Shown here piece after piece: positions 52,401 to 63,574 of a DNA stretch of 64,000 nucleotides (within the stretch, counting starts at the first letter, position 1; every line of letters starts with the position of its first letter). The position numbers and the translations under genes are program-made. Under the pieces are notes generated by a model. It did no database searches. It was given only the letters and a program-made list of their open reading frames with translations, and had not been told where the DNA came from. The DNA comes from Chrysemys picta bellii (lineage: Eukaryota). The stretch lies in assembly GCF_011386835.1 (NCBI RefSeq), contig NC_088814.1:1178001-1242000 (forward strand), given 5' to 3'.

Positions 52401-54975
52401 GCTGCTGTTGCAGACAGAAATCTCCTGCTGGGTCCAGGGCCCATCTGATGGGGCTGGTGGTTCCTATACGCGACAGTGGACAGAGAAACAGCCTCAACAG
52501 GGACTGCTGAGTTCCCAGGTGCGTCACTGGGGTGCTCTTGCTCAACCAGTGAGAGGAGATGACGGGAGGAAAGGGTCCCCCTTGGGTAGCTTCCCCCCAC
52601 TGCTCCAGAGGGGGGTATGACTGGAGGGGCAGGGCTTTACACCTCGTGACACGAGCCACAGATCGGGGGAGGTTTCTGCAGAAGGCCAACCCCAATGAAG
52701 AGGTACAGCCTTAAGGGGCAGGGTCCCCGCCATGGAGGGGCCATCTCTGTGGAGCTCAGAGGAGGACAAAACCCAATAAACGGTTTGTCCCATTTATCCC
52801 TTGCACGCTCCATGCCCAGCTCTCTGAGTTTTCATTCTTTCCCTCCCTTCCCAACACACTTAGGAAGGACAACCAGGCCCCGAGGGGCATTGGCAGAGTT
52901 GAGGTGGGGGGGTGGGGAGGAAGCCCAGGCCTGGAACAGCAGGGGGAGTGCAGGTCAGGACTGCTGCTCACGGGAAGAGTCAAACTGGGGAGCTTGTACA
53001 GCACCTGCTGCCCTATGCCTGGCTCTGGCGAGAACTCCCAGGCCCCCACTTTCAATGCCACCGATTTCGCCCCCCAATTAAGGAATGAATAGCAGGAGGG
53101 GGTGTATTCCGCTAGGTCAGCTTTAAAGGCATTACATTTTCAAGTCTCTTCTTGTTCACGGCCACCCCTCCCTTGCGGGTCTCCTCACTGACTACTATAC
53201 ACTCCAGGTCAGGGTCCGTTATCGATGGGCCATAGGGGTCTACCAGAGGCACAATGTCATAACGCAAAGAGGGCTTCACGTCCACCAGGAACTCACAGAG
53301 CTTCTCCACTCGTTGCTCGTATGGTTGGATCAGCTCCTTCAGCGTCTTATCTGGAAGGGACAAGAAACAGGGAGGAAGCCACAGTGTGCAGCTCCCCGCA
53401 CCCAGAGCTAGCAGCAAATAGTGACAGTTAAAGGAGGGGCTAACAGAGATGCTACAAAGGCTTTAGCAACCTCTGGAATGACCTGAGCCCTCACTTCCCG
53501 AGTGCCAAAGGGCATTGCGCTCCCCAGGTTTCTGGGTGTTGGAGAAAGGAGTCACTCTGGCAAGACGACAATGCTGCAATTCCTTGGGTTTGCTATCAGA
53601 GGAGCATCATCTCTGCACAAAGCAGCAGCGAGCACAGACAAGTGACTCAGCCTTGGGCTGCTTGGCAGGGAATATTTAACTCCAAGGGCAGCACATCTGT
53701 CATGAAAACACAGACGGCAAAACAGGCTCAGGGGACAGGAGCAAGATACCAATCACTATGACAGCCCTCCCCGCCGGGACATTGAGACAGCTCCTCTTTT
53801 CCCCGGAGATGCCATTGCACCTTGGCTCAGGCAGTGGGAGTAGTCTGGTGATTCTCACTTATCAGCTCTGGCCAGTTTCCAGTTCTCAGGCGCAAACCCA
53901 AGGCTACTGCCGGGGAAGGGTGCGCGATACAAACCACCGAAAGAAGGTTTACAAAATCTCCTCCTAAAAGCCAACAAGCCTAACCGCTGGGCCTAAATGA
54001 CTCTCCTGTCTCGTTAATAAATGCTGCTTCTCTATTACCGCTGTGCCCACATGGTTCAAATGTGCTTTACATCTCCACTGATGTGAAACCTCCTCTCCCC
54101 CTTCACCGCAATGAACACACTCCACCTTTAAACATCCTAGATACTTGGACAGCACACCCATTGCAGAGTCCAAGCTGGCCCAAGGGAAACACTAGAGAGC
54201 GATCGAAACGGCTCCCTTCACTGCCATCGGGAGCGAAAGGAGTGACGGCCCGAGGAGAACGAGCGTAACTGGGGTTTTGCTTCCTGGTTTGGGACGAGGA
54301 TTCTCACTCACTCTCCAGAAGATCCTTGTCAGAGACACCAACCAGAAGCCGGTTCTCAGCCAGCAGGCAGCAGGCACTCAGAAGGATCTTGTGAGCATTA
54401 TGGAGTCTGTCGAAAGTGCCCCCTACAACGACATCGCTGTAACTCCGCAGAGCCCCGCCATCCAAGCCTGGCTCCCATGGGGGCAGCTCGCTTGGGTCCA
54501 TCATGGGCTCGTAGTCTGGGTACAGCAACACAGAGATAAGATTGGGCCTGCAACTGTAACAGCTGGTGGCATAACGCTCCAGGCGCTGCTTGACTGGGTT
54601 GTACTGGCCCCCATCACTGGTCTGAAAGTCGGTCAGGATCACCTCGGGCGGGTGGGAGAGGTTCTGCACCGAGGACAGCGACTGCTGCGTCAGGCTCTGG
54701 TTGCGGATGTTTGTCAGCAGGACCCGCACGTCCAGGTGGCTGTGGGTGTCAGCGTCCGCATACAGCTTGTTGATGAGGCTATAGACCTCAGGTGTGGCTG
54801 GCACGTAGGTGGACCCGGGCTGCGAAGAGCCGGTCAAGCTGAGGCCCGGCTGTAGGTGAATGTAGAGCGTATCCTCCACGATCCGGGAGGCCGAGGCCAG
54901 GATGGGCACAAGGCGCAGAGACAGGGCAGAGAGCGGGGCCGTGAGCACCAGCAGGCCTGAGCGGAAGACAGACAT
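46427..54975 (-). CDS. COASY: Bifunctional coenzyme A synthase (PPAT + dephospho-CoA kinase), 9 coding exons, 547 aa
   Basis: Coding exons 54975-54312, 53350-53136, 51936-51805, 51131-50942, 49112-49048, 48225-48141, 47521-47424, 47346-47200 and 46474-46427 (TAG) total 1644 nt. Start [12 protein letters not shown]; PPAT motif [12 protein letters not shown]; DPCK P-loop [11 protein letters not shown]; end [15 protein letters not shown]. Confidence 0.97.
49737..50135. mobile_element. Older hAT-like non-autonomous element, COASY intron
   Basis: It starts CAGTGGTTCTCAACCAGGGG and ends ..GAGTGCCACTG; the TSD is only partly conserved. Confidence 0.6.
50696..50886 (+). mobile_element. tRNA-derived SINE with a CR1-derived 3' tail (tortoise polIII/SINE type)
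   Basis: The head has A/B boxes (TAGCTCAGTGG..GTTCAATCC) and the tail reads GGACTAGATGACCTCCTGAGGTCCCTTCCAACCCTGAGATTCTA..CTATGA. Confidence 0.88.
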
Positions 54976-55084
54976 GGTACCTGGAACAGACACGCAGGAG
55001 CAAGGGAGGGGGTTACGCCGGTGACAGCAAAGCGTGAGCTCTAGTAACATGGCCTCTGAGCTTCACTCGCCCCCAGCCTCACCA

Positions 55085-56500
55085 CCCAGCCCCCCGCCTC
55101 ACTGCCCTGTCCTCACCACCCCCCGCCACACTGCCCCCAGCCTCCCTCCCCACCCCACTGCCCCCCATCCCCAGCACCCCCTGCCCTCACCACCCCCCGC
55201 CACACTGCTCCCAGCCCCCCATCCCCACCACACTGCCTCGCCCCCCATCCCCATCCCCCCCTGCCCTCACCACCCCCTGCCACACTGCTCCCAGCCCCCC
55301 TCCCCTGCCATCCCCATCCCCCCCTGCCCTCACCACCCCCCGCCACACTGCCCCCAGCCCCCCTCCCCACCCCACTGCCCCCCATCCCCAGCACCCCCTG
55401 CCCTCACCACCCCCCGCCACACTGCCCCCAGCCCCCATCCCCTGCCATCCCCATCCCCCCCTGCCCTCACCACCCCCTGCCACACTGCTCCCAGCCCCCC
55501 TCCCCTGCCATCCCCATCCCCCCCTGCCCTCACCACCCCCCGCCACACTGCCCCCAGCCCCCCTCCCCACCCCACTGCCCCCCATCCCCATCCCCCCCTG
55601 CCCTCACCACCCCCCGCCACACTGCCCCCAGCCCCCCTCCCCACCCCACTGCCCCCCATCCCCAGCACCTCCTGCCCTCACCACCCCCACCCCACTGCTC
55701 CCAGCCCCCCCATCCCCACCACACTGCCCCCCATCCCCAGCACCCCCTGCCCTCACCACCCTCTGCTGCACTGCTCCCAGCCCCCCTCCCCCAGCCCCCT
55801 GCCCCCATTCCCAGCACCCCCTGCCCTCACCACCCTCTGCCACACTGCTCCCAGCCCCCCTCCCCTGACATCCCCATCCCCCCCTGCCCTCACCACCCCC
55901 CGCCACACTGCCCCCAGCCCCCCTCCCACCCCACTGCCCCCCATCCCCATCCCCCCCTGCCCTCACCACCCCCCGCCACACTGCCCCCAGCCCCCCTCCC
56001 CACCCCACTGCCCCCCATCCCCAGCACCTCCTGCCCTCACCACCCCCACCCCACTGCTCCCAGCCCCCCCATCCCCACCACACTGCCCCCCATCCCAGCA
56101 CCCCCTGCCCTCACCACCTTCTGCCACAGTGCTCCCAGCCCGCTCCCCCACCACACTGCCCCGCCCCCCCATCCCCATCACTCCGTCCTCACCACCCCAT
56201 CCCCCCCTGCCCTCACCACCTTCTGCCACACTGCCCCCAGCCCCCCCTCCCACCCCACTGCCCCCCATCCCTAGCACCTCCTGCCCTCACCACCCCCACC
56301 CCACTGCTCCCAGCCCCCCCATCCCACCACACTGCCCCGCCCCCCCAGCCCCAGCACCCCCTGCCCTCACCACCCCCCGCCACACTGCTCCCAGCCCCCC
56401 TCCCACCCCACTGCCCCCCATCCCCAGCCCCCCCTGCCCTCACCACCCCCCGCCACACTGCTCCCAGCCCCTCTCCCCACTGCTCCCGTCCCCAGCCCCA
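55085..56500. repeat. ~1.4-kb C-rich minisatellite (G-rich on the COASY sense strand) filling COASY intron 1
   Basis: The core CTGCCCTCACCACCCCCCGCCACACTGCCCCCAGCC recurs at irregular ~50-70-bp spacing. It produces the spurious 568-aa Pro-rich ORF. Confidence 0.95.
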
Positions 56501-57110
56501 CGCACCCGAACCAGCCCCGGCGGCGCTGCCAGCCCGGGGGCGTGGGGGGGGGGGGGAGCCCGCGGGGGATGCTGGGTAACGCCCATACCCCAGCGGGGGC
56601 GGGGCCCGCCGTCACTCACCGAGCGGCCGGGCCAGGGGCCGCCTCTCGCCGCCGCTCCGCGCCTGACCCGGAAGCGCTCCCCGCTGCCCGCCGGAAGTGT
56701 GTCATCGCCATTTTTTAAATCTCCGTTTAAATTTCAATAACAACTTTATCGACTTTGCGGGCGACCTCTGACCCCGGACTCTCGCGAGAGGGCGCGTGGA
56801 AGCGGGCTCACGAGGGAGAGTTTGGGGCGGGGCTCCTGGAGGGGGCGGGGCTAATGAGCGAGGTGGGGAGGGGCTCATAGAGGGGGCGGGGCTAAGGGAG
56901 AGGTTGGGGCGGGGCTCATGGAGGGGGCGCTAAAGAGATAGGTGGGGCGGGGCACTTGGGGGCGGGGCTAAGGAGAGAGGTGGGGGCGGGAATCCTGGAG
57001 GGGGAGGGGCTAAGGGGAGAGGTGGGGCAGAGCTCCTGTAGGGGGCGGGACTACGGGGAGAAGTGGGCGGGGCTCCTGGAGGGGGCGGAGCTAAGGGGAG
57101 AGGTGCCCCC
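56500..57110 (-). promoter_or_regulatory. COASY CpG-island promoter with GC-box array
   Basis: Two CCGGAAG ETS sites (~56667, ~56691), YY1-type CGCCATTTT (~56707), palindromic TCTCGCGAGA (56780-56789) and about ten GGGCGG boxes in a tandem array at 56822-57100. Confidence 0.7.
56620..56760 (-). other. COASY: Probable non-coding first exon of COASY
   Basis: Donor CG|GTGAGT at 56620/56619 lies within a CpG island. The ATG exon begins with the acceptor TTCCAG|GTACCATG at 54980. The exon's 5' boundary is approximate. Confidence 0.7.
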
Positions 57111-58897
57111 TCATGTCACTAAGCATCACCTGGGGCGACTCTGCCGAGTGGGATGGGGGTCCTGGGACCCATTTAGGGCTCTGAGCGACTTATAGACTCT
57201 GGGCTGGGAGCTGGCGGTTGGGGCCCGTGGTCCCTGCTGATCCACTGCAGCTCACCAACCTGCTCGTGCTCGGCTCAGACTGATCACAACTAACTGGAAA
57301 CCCAGAGGGGGACACGGAGCCTCAGCCGAGCTGCCTTTCAGAGACACCCCCCCAGCCACGGGAAAAGAGAGGGGGTCTTGAGCCCTTGAGCCCTGCTCAG
57401 GAACCCCAGTTTGCTATAGAACCCATCAAACAGACAAGAAATAAACACCCTCTACAACAAAGGAACCCTAAACCCACTCCAAGAGAGTCTGACCCCGTCC
57501 TTCCCCCATTAAACCCCAGTTTTTAGCCATTTAGATGTCACAGCATTGCTGGTAACCTAGAGGCTCACCCGTTTCGTTGCTTATGGAGCCAAACTCATTG
57601 CACACGCGAGCGGCTCCTTGCATTTCTCCATTTCCCCCAACCTCCCCTTCTCCTCCCTTCAGGGACCCCCTGCAATCTCTCCCCACCCCCTCCCTCGTAC
57701 CCGGGGGTCTGGGTGCCCTCCCTTCCCTCATTGCCCTTCTGATAATTGGAGTGGCTCTTCACGCCTCCCTCCTCCCATGCCCCTCATACCAGGGTTCCCT
57801 TTCCCACCTGCCAGGGATGCTGTTGTGCACCCCCATTCCTCCCACTATTCTTATTTATTTTCTTTCTCCTCTGCTAACCAAATGCCAGGGGCTCCATGAC
57901 CCCACATTTCTCCCCTTTGGGTTCCCCCCCCCCCAGTTTTTCCCAAAATCAACAGGGTTCTGCTCATCAATGCTTAGAACATTCCCTGAACCTTCGGAAT
58001 TGATCAGACTTGGTATTCAAAAGTTATCGCATTACAGCCAGAGAAAGGCCCTTGAGTCACTTCACGAGGCCAATAAGCCTCTTGGATAAGGGACTATGTT
58101 GTCTGGGGCTTCCAGCAAACCTATGCAGCACCGACAGCAGCTTTTCCATCCAACTGGAGTTGTGAGCATTAAGCTTCTCTGCAGAACAGGCCAGTAGTGT
58201 TGGAGAATGGACTCCGGGATGGGACAGGATGGTAGGGTGACACTGAGGGAATAGGTTCTGTGACAGACGAAGCTTCTCCATCTCTAACTACTGTGTCCCT
58301 GCCTAGAGATGAGGCTCTGGGAACAGCCTTTCCCACCTGGCCTCAGGCCTTTCTGAAGCAGCTTCTTTCCACACTTAGGGCAGCTTTCTTAATTCTTCAG
58401 AATACATTTCTTCTCCCTGCATGACCCGGGCCAGTCCTTGGTACCAGCAGGGACACCCTACATCCTTATCTCACTAAGGAAACAAAACCAAAATACGCCA
58501 GAAACCTCTTCTGCAGCACCAGGTCGCATCCTTGCTGTGACAGGCCGCAGGACTGTGCCCTGCTCAGGTGCATGGGCCTGGGGAATTCCTGACTGCAGGT
58601 GCCTGGGACTGGGTGGGGGTTGCTATTTTGATTGTCCAGGGCAGGGGGGTGAGATCAAGGCAGCAGAAGCTGTTTGGCAGCGGGAGGGGGAAGAAACCTG
58701 CCCAGGGATGGTGCTCTCTGGGGCTTTGGGCACAATCTGGGCTAAATCCTTTCATGACAGCAGCAAAGACACTAAAGAAACCTACTTTTAAAAGGTCCAG
58801 ACAAAATTTCTGAGTTCAAGAGCTGAAGCAGGAGCTCCAGGTGTCCCCCAGAAAAAACGGGGAGGCAGGTAGTGACCAGATACTATGGTGATGGGTG

Positions 58898-59371
58898 TGT
58901 GACGAACTGGGACTGTTCTTGCTGGGGTGTGTGAATGCTGACAGGGGAGTGTGACTAGGATGGTCTGCATCGGGGGATGGGAGCCGGCCCAAGGGAACAT
59001 ACCTGAGCTTGTAACATGAGAACCCAGGAGGGGGTTGGAGGTCAGATGACTCCGGGGCCCGGGGAAACTGAACAAAGGCTGTGGGAGGGGTCGCTGAAGG
59101 CAGAGGGCTGGAAGCAGGCTGGAAGGAGGCTGGAGAGATGGCTGGGAGGCAGAGATGGCTCTGACCCCCCAAGGGGGGTGGGCTGGCATGCCCTGGGACC
59201 CCAAGCTGGACCTAACTGAGGGGGGCCCTGTTGTCTGTGCCTGCAAGACCTGTCTTGGACTGTATTCCTGTCATCCAAATAAACCTTCTGCTTTACTGGC
59301 TGGCTGAGAGTCATGGTGAATCGCAGGAAGCCGGGGGTGCAGGGCCCTGAGTCCCCCAATACTCCGTGACA
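58898..59371 (+). mobile_element. Solo LTR (474 bp)
   Basis: Termini TGTGACG...CGTGACA, an internal AATAAA (~59278) and a 5-bp TSD GGGTG on both sides. Confidence 0.88.
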
Positions 59372-59796
59372 GGGTGCACTATAAACAATAGGTAGATTAG
59401 ACAATTATGGTGACGGTGGCTACTCCATCGTTAAGGATGCAGCAGTGTTCTCATTATATAATATTAATGCTTTCCTCACTCCCGGGAGGTACTCAGGGAC
59501 AGTGGCTACGTCTTGTCTTTTCTTTTCAACACATCATTTTGAATTCCCCTGGTTGTATGACAGACAGTGCAAATCCTTCTTGCCGACTCCTGGACTGCTC
59601 TGGGGGAAGGAGCAGGTATCTCACGTGCGGAGACACAGCCAAATGGCAGCTCGTCTGCTGCTGGTATTCACAAAGAAGGTGACATGACAAGCATTAGAGA
59701 GTAGAATTTATTGAATCCAACCCTACAGCGCAGTACTGCAGGCAGAGCCCAGCAAATATAAAAAGGTCACTCGTGTGTGTGTGCGTGCGTGCCCGT

Positions 59797-60002
59797 NNNN
59801 NNNNNNNNNNNNNNNNNNNNNNNNNNNNNNNNNNNNNNNNNNNNNNNNNNNNNNNNNNNNNNNNNNNNNNNNNNNNNNNNNNNNNNNNNNNNNNNNNNNN
59901 NNNNNNNNNNNNNNNNNNNNNNNNNNNNNNNNNNNNNNNNNNNNNNNNNNNNNNNNNNNNNNNNNNNNNNNNNNNNNNNNNNNNNNNNNNNNNNNNNNNN
60001 NN
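59797..60002. other. Assembly gap (N run), next to a (GT)n/(GCGT)n microsatellite
   Basis: A run of N bases. Confidence 1.
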
Positions 60003-60175
60003 CAGTGCATCACTGTGAAGTACTCAGAGGCAGAAGCGATCGTATTGCCAAGACTCCACCTACGGGAAACGGGAACGGACGAAGGTGGAATCAGTCAGCG
60101 CGAGACTCCGGAAGGCAGAATGCTTGTAACAGAGAGTTCCTGTACATACTGGAGCAGAGCATTGTCCCCTCTAGC

Positions 60176-60372
60176 CAGGGCCGGCTCCAGGCACCAGCTT
60201 AACAAGCAGGTGCTTGGGGCGGCCAAGGGAGAGGGGCGGCACCTGCGGCAATTTGGGGGCGGCAGGTCCCTCGCTCCCTCTAGGAGCAAAGGACCTGCCG
60301 CTGAACTGCCGCCGTCGATCGCGGCTTTTTTTTTTTTTTGGGGGGGTGGCAGAAATGCTGGAGCCGGCCCTG
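60176..60372. mobile_element. hAT MITE, young insertion
   Basis: Perfect 15-bp TIRs CAGGGCCGGCTCCAG / CTGGAGCCGGCCCTG and a perfect 8-bp TSD CCTCTAGC (60168-60175 and 60373-60380). Confidence 0.93.
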
Positions 60373-61120
60373 CCTCTAGCCTGGAATCCCGCTTCCTGCC
60401 GCACCGGCGCCGACCCTCAGGCCCATAGAGCCCGTTATTCCCATCGGCTCCAGCATCCTGCCTCCTGGTGTGCAGCCCAGAACTTACACGCCTCTATTCC
60501 AGGCTCCTCTTCCAGCAACGGCTTATGCCTGTTAGCTCACAGCGGCATCCAACCCCCACAATGCACCTGGTCAATCATGAAAATTGTCTGGAATTTTGCA
60601 TATTTCGTTTCTTATAGAACAATCACCAGGACAAGGCTGGTGTGGTGCCTGGGCCTGCCCTCCCTTGCACGGTCGAACTCGAGGGTACCAGGTATACTGC
60701 AGGTGCTTGGAAAGCAATGCAGAGGTGGGGGCCGACGCCTGTCACAGAGCAGGGCTCGAGCAGTCACCATGTGATGGCTGGGAAGCAAACAGTGGAACAA
60801 CTCTGTCTAGTTCTTGCGTGGGGTTTTCCCCCTGAGCACTCTTTGTAGACATTGCGGAGTGAAGCTTCACCCCCCCCCCGGGTCACCCCCCCATCAGAGG
60901 GACAAGGCCACACTGCTAACAATAAACCCGCTGGCTCCTGGGTTCCAGCCCCATTTCCGCTCCACTAGCCCACGCTGCCTCAACTCGGACAAATGCATTA
61001 CAGAGGGGACAAAACTACCTCCCCCCCGGGGCCCCCTGCGTCGTCTGTCTTCTGAGTGCCAAGCCAGCCGGTCCCGAGCAAAGACAAGGAAAGGGAGCAA
61101 TTACCTGCCATCAGCTCTTC

Positions 61121-62666
61121 CTAGTCATCTACCCCCCTCTCGGGGGCCATCAGCTCTCGTCCTTCCTGGTCCCCCTGGTTGCGATCCCTCGTGGACAGCA
61201 CGAAGGCCGGCGCAGCCTTCTCGACGTGGATCCCTCTGCTGCCGAAGTAGCTCTGCAGGGCACTTAGGAACTGTGGGGGAAACCAGGCCTGAGTCAGCGG
61301 GTGCATTAACCACCTGGGTCCTGGTAAGTGCTGGAGCCTGCGCCACAGGGCCTGCTGGGAGCTGCTCTCAGGCCTGGGGCGAAGGGGCTGGACCCCAAGC
61401 TCACCACCTGGTGCACGAGGCGGAACAGCTCCTGGTTCTGCAAGGCTGCTGGGCGTGAGCAACTCAGGCCCACAAACCCACTTCCCGGGCCTTAGCCTCG
61501 CTGGCGCTCACAGCCCCCTGGAACAGCCAGCCCCAGGGCTCCGGTACCTCTGCCCCTCGGCGTACGTGGGGCTGCGCGGCCCGGAGGCTTCCGCTTGCTC
61601 CTTCTCTGTCCAGCAGCGGCAGCCGGGGAGAACGTTCCCAAGGGGCAGCAGCTCTGGGCTTGAGGTGTCATCTGGGGGGGTCTGTTCTCATTCAGTCTGA
61701 AGGGGCTGGCCCGTTCCGATCCCGGGGCACCCGCCTCACCCGCTTTGTCTGGCTGAGAGCCAGGCGGACGGGACGCTTAGGGCTGTGCTGAGCTCAGAGC
61801 GCTCTCACCGTAGGGCGTGGGCACGGGCCCCCGGCCGCCTCACAAGGGGACCCTGCAGGGAGCAGCAGACGGGCTCCTTGCGGAGTCAGGCTGAGGAGCT
61901 GTATCTGATCCCAGCGTGAGGGCGACAGGCCACAGCCTTGCCCTCGTGTCTCGTACAGACACACGTGTTAGCCACGTGACCCTTTGCTTTTAGGCCCCCA
62001 TTGAGCCTGGACTCCCCGGGAGGGGGCTTTGCCTGCTCTCCCCCAGACAATGCCTCCCGCAGACCAGGAGCCGGGCTGGCCCTGCAGGACCCACCGTGGC
62101 ATGAGTCACCATGGCGAGAGCGAATTCATCTGGCACCGGTATTGTGGTTCATTAGTGAGGCCCTAATGGGCACTTGAAATGAAGCCTCCTGTACAGCACG
62201 CGGCTCCAGAGATGGCAGAGAAAGCCCAGAGGCCCCTCTCAAGGGCTTGGCTAATGTAAACTCAGCCCAGAGGTATTTCGCTGTCTCCCCACTTCCTTTG
62301 ATCCCAGCCGCCCCCTCCCCAAGCCTGTGTTATGGAAAAGAAAGAGACTCTCCCCCCATATAATAGCTACAAGGGAGACGCGATCAGTTATTCATCAAAA
62401 GCCGTTCCACACCCCCGCCTTGGGGGTAGCGAGAGCCGCTTCCAGCCCCGCTCAGCTCCCGCGTCGTGGGAATGCCATGTGCCAACAGCCTCAGCCCCCC
62501 GATCTAGGAGAGAGACCAGCCCCCCAGCCCCCCAGCTCACCAGCTCTCTGTTCTGCGGCAGGTCCAGCTGGCTCCATCTCTCACGCTGCAGGGATCTGTT
62601 CTGAACCCAGCCCTGCACCAGCAGGGACAGGAGACCCAGGAAGGTGACTTGAAGCATCAGGTTCAT
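61121..62666 (-). CDS. C2orf66-like small secreted protein, 2 coding exons, 91 aa
   Basis: Exon 62666-62541 encodes MNLMLQVTFLGLLSLLVQGWVQNRSLQRERWSQLDLPQNREL, followed by donor GTGAGC. Exon 61270-61121 follows acceptor TTTCCCCCACAG and encodes FLSALQSYFGSRGIHVEKAAPAFVLSTRDRNQGDQEGRELMAPERGVDD*. The junction is phase 0. There is a hydrophobic signal peptide. The spliced core resembles human C2orf66 as recalled ([30 protein letters not shown]). Confidence 0.8.
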
Positions 62667-63574
62667 CTCTGGAAGTAGCCTCAGCTGACTGTAACAGAAG
62701 AGAACTTGCCATGTCACGGCCCCCGGGGGCCCTCAGCCCAGGGCTGGCCTGGAGCAGCAGCAGCACCCCCCTGGGGGGGCCCGGGAGTGCACCGGGGCAG
62801 GGAAAAGCCTTTGGCACCGAAAGCCTCCCACGGCCAGAGTGGGGCAGGGCTCAGCTGGAGGAGTAACACCAGCTCTTTGTCCTGCGCCAGCACCTCCCCT
62901 GCGGGATACCCAGCCCCAGCCACGGATGAACAGCTCCCTGTGAGGCTCTCGTGGGACAATACCGTCTTCGCTGGTGCACACGAGGGAGAGGGACTGGCCC
63001 ATGGTCACACAGCCAAGCCCCTGCCCTGGCCACTGCTCCACACAGACAGGACAGAGTGAACCAAACCGAGGGCAGAAAGAGCCCCAGGCCCTCTCCAGGC
63101 CACCCACGGGCCTGGCTCTTCACAGGCACCGTCCACACGGGACTCAGCCCTGACGTGGGAGAGGTTTGTTCCACGGGGCTGGGACCGAAATGCAGCGTGG
63201 TCAGACTCTGCTGGGAGAGATGGGGCAGCGTGTTTTCAGCTGGATGACCTGGGCGGTTACTGGAGTGAACCTCAGGGCGTGTCCCACACAACCCATAGAC
63301 CTGGGCTGCGGGGCTCGTGCTGTGACTTGACATTGTGGCTCGGGCTGGAGCCTGGGGTGGGGTGGGGGGCATTAATGGCAGGTCGTTTTCTGCCAAGCAT
63401 GAATTCCGTCCTCAGTGGCAGCGGCTTTGCAGAGAGCGGGAGACGGTGAGCAGCCCTGCATGGACAGGGTGTGGACAGTGGCTATCCCTCTGGCCAGTCC
63501 ACTGCCTAACAGGGGTGGGGGGGGCTCCCTGGTTTTTTCATTATCCTCCTCCCGTGGCTGCTTGCGGGACCTAC

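Noticed and set aside
55034-56740. 568-aa Pro-rich ORF and its Gly/Trp-rich antisense ORFs
   Set aside because: These come from the C-rich minisatellite in COASY intron 1.
61405-61451. Possible extra exon (ALQNQELFRLVHQV) inside the C2orf66-like intron, echoing QNRELF
   Set aside because: The acceptor is weak and inclusion would interrupt the conserved NREL|FLSALQ motif. It is likely chance, though junction reads could test it.
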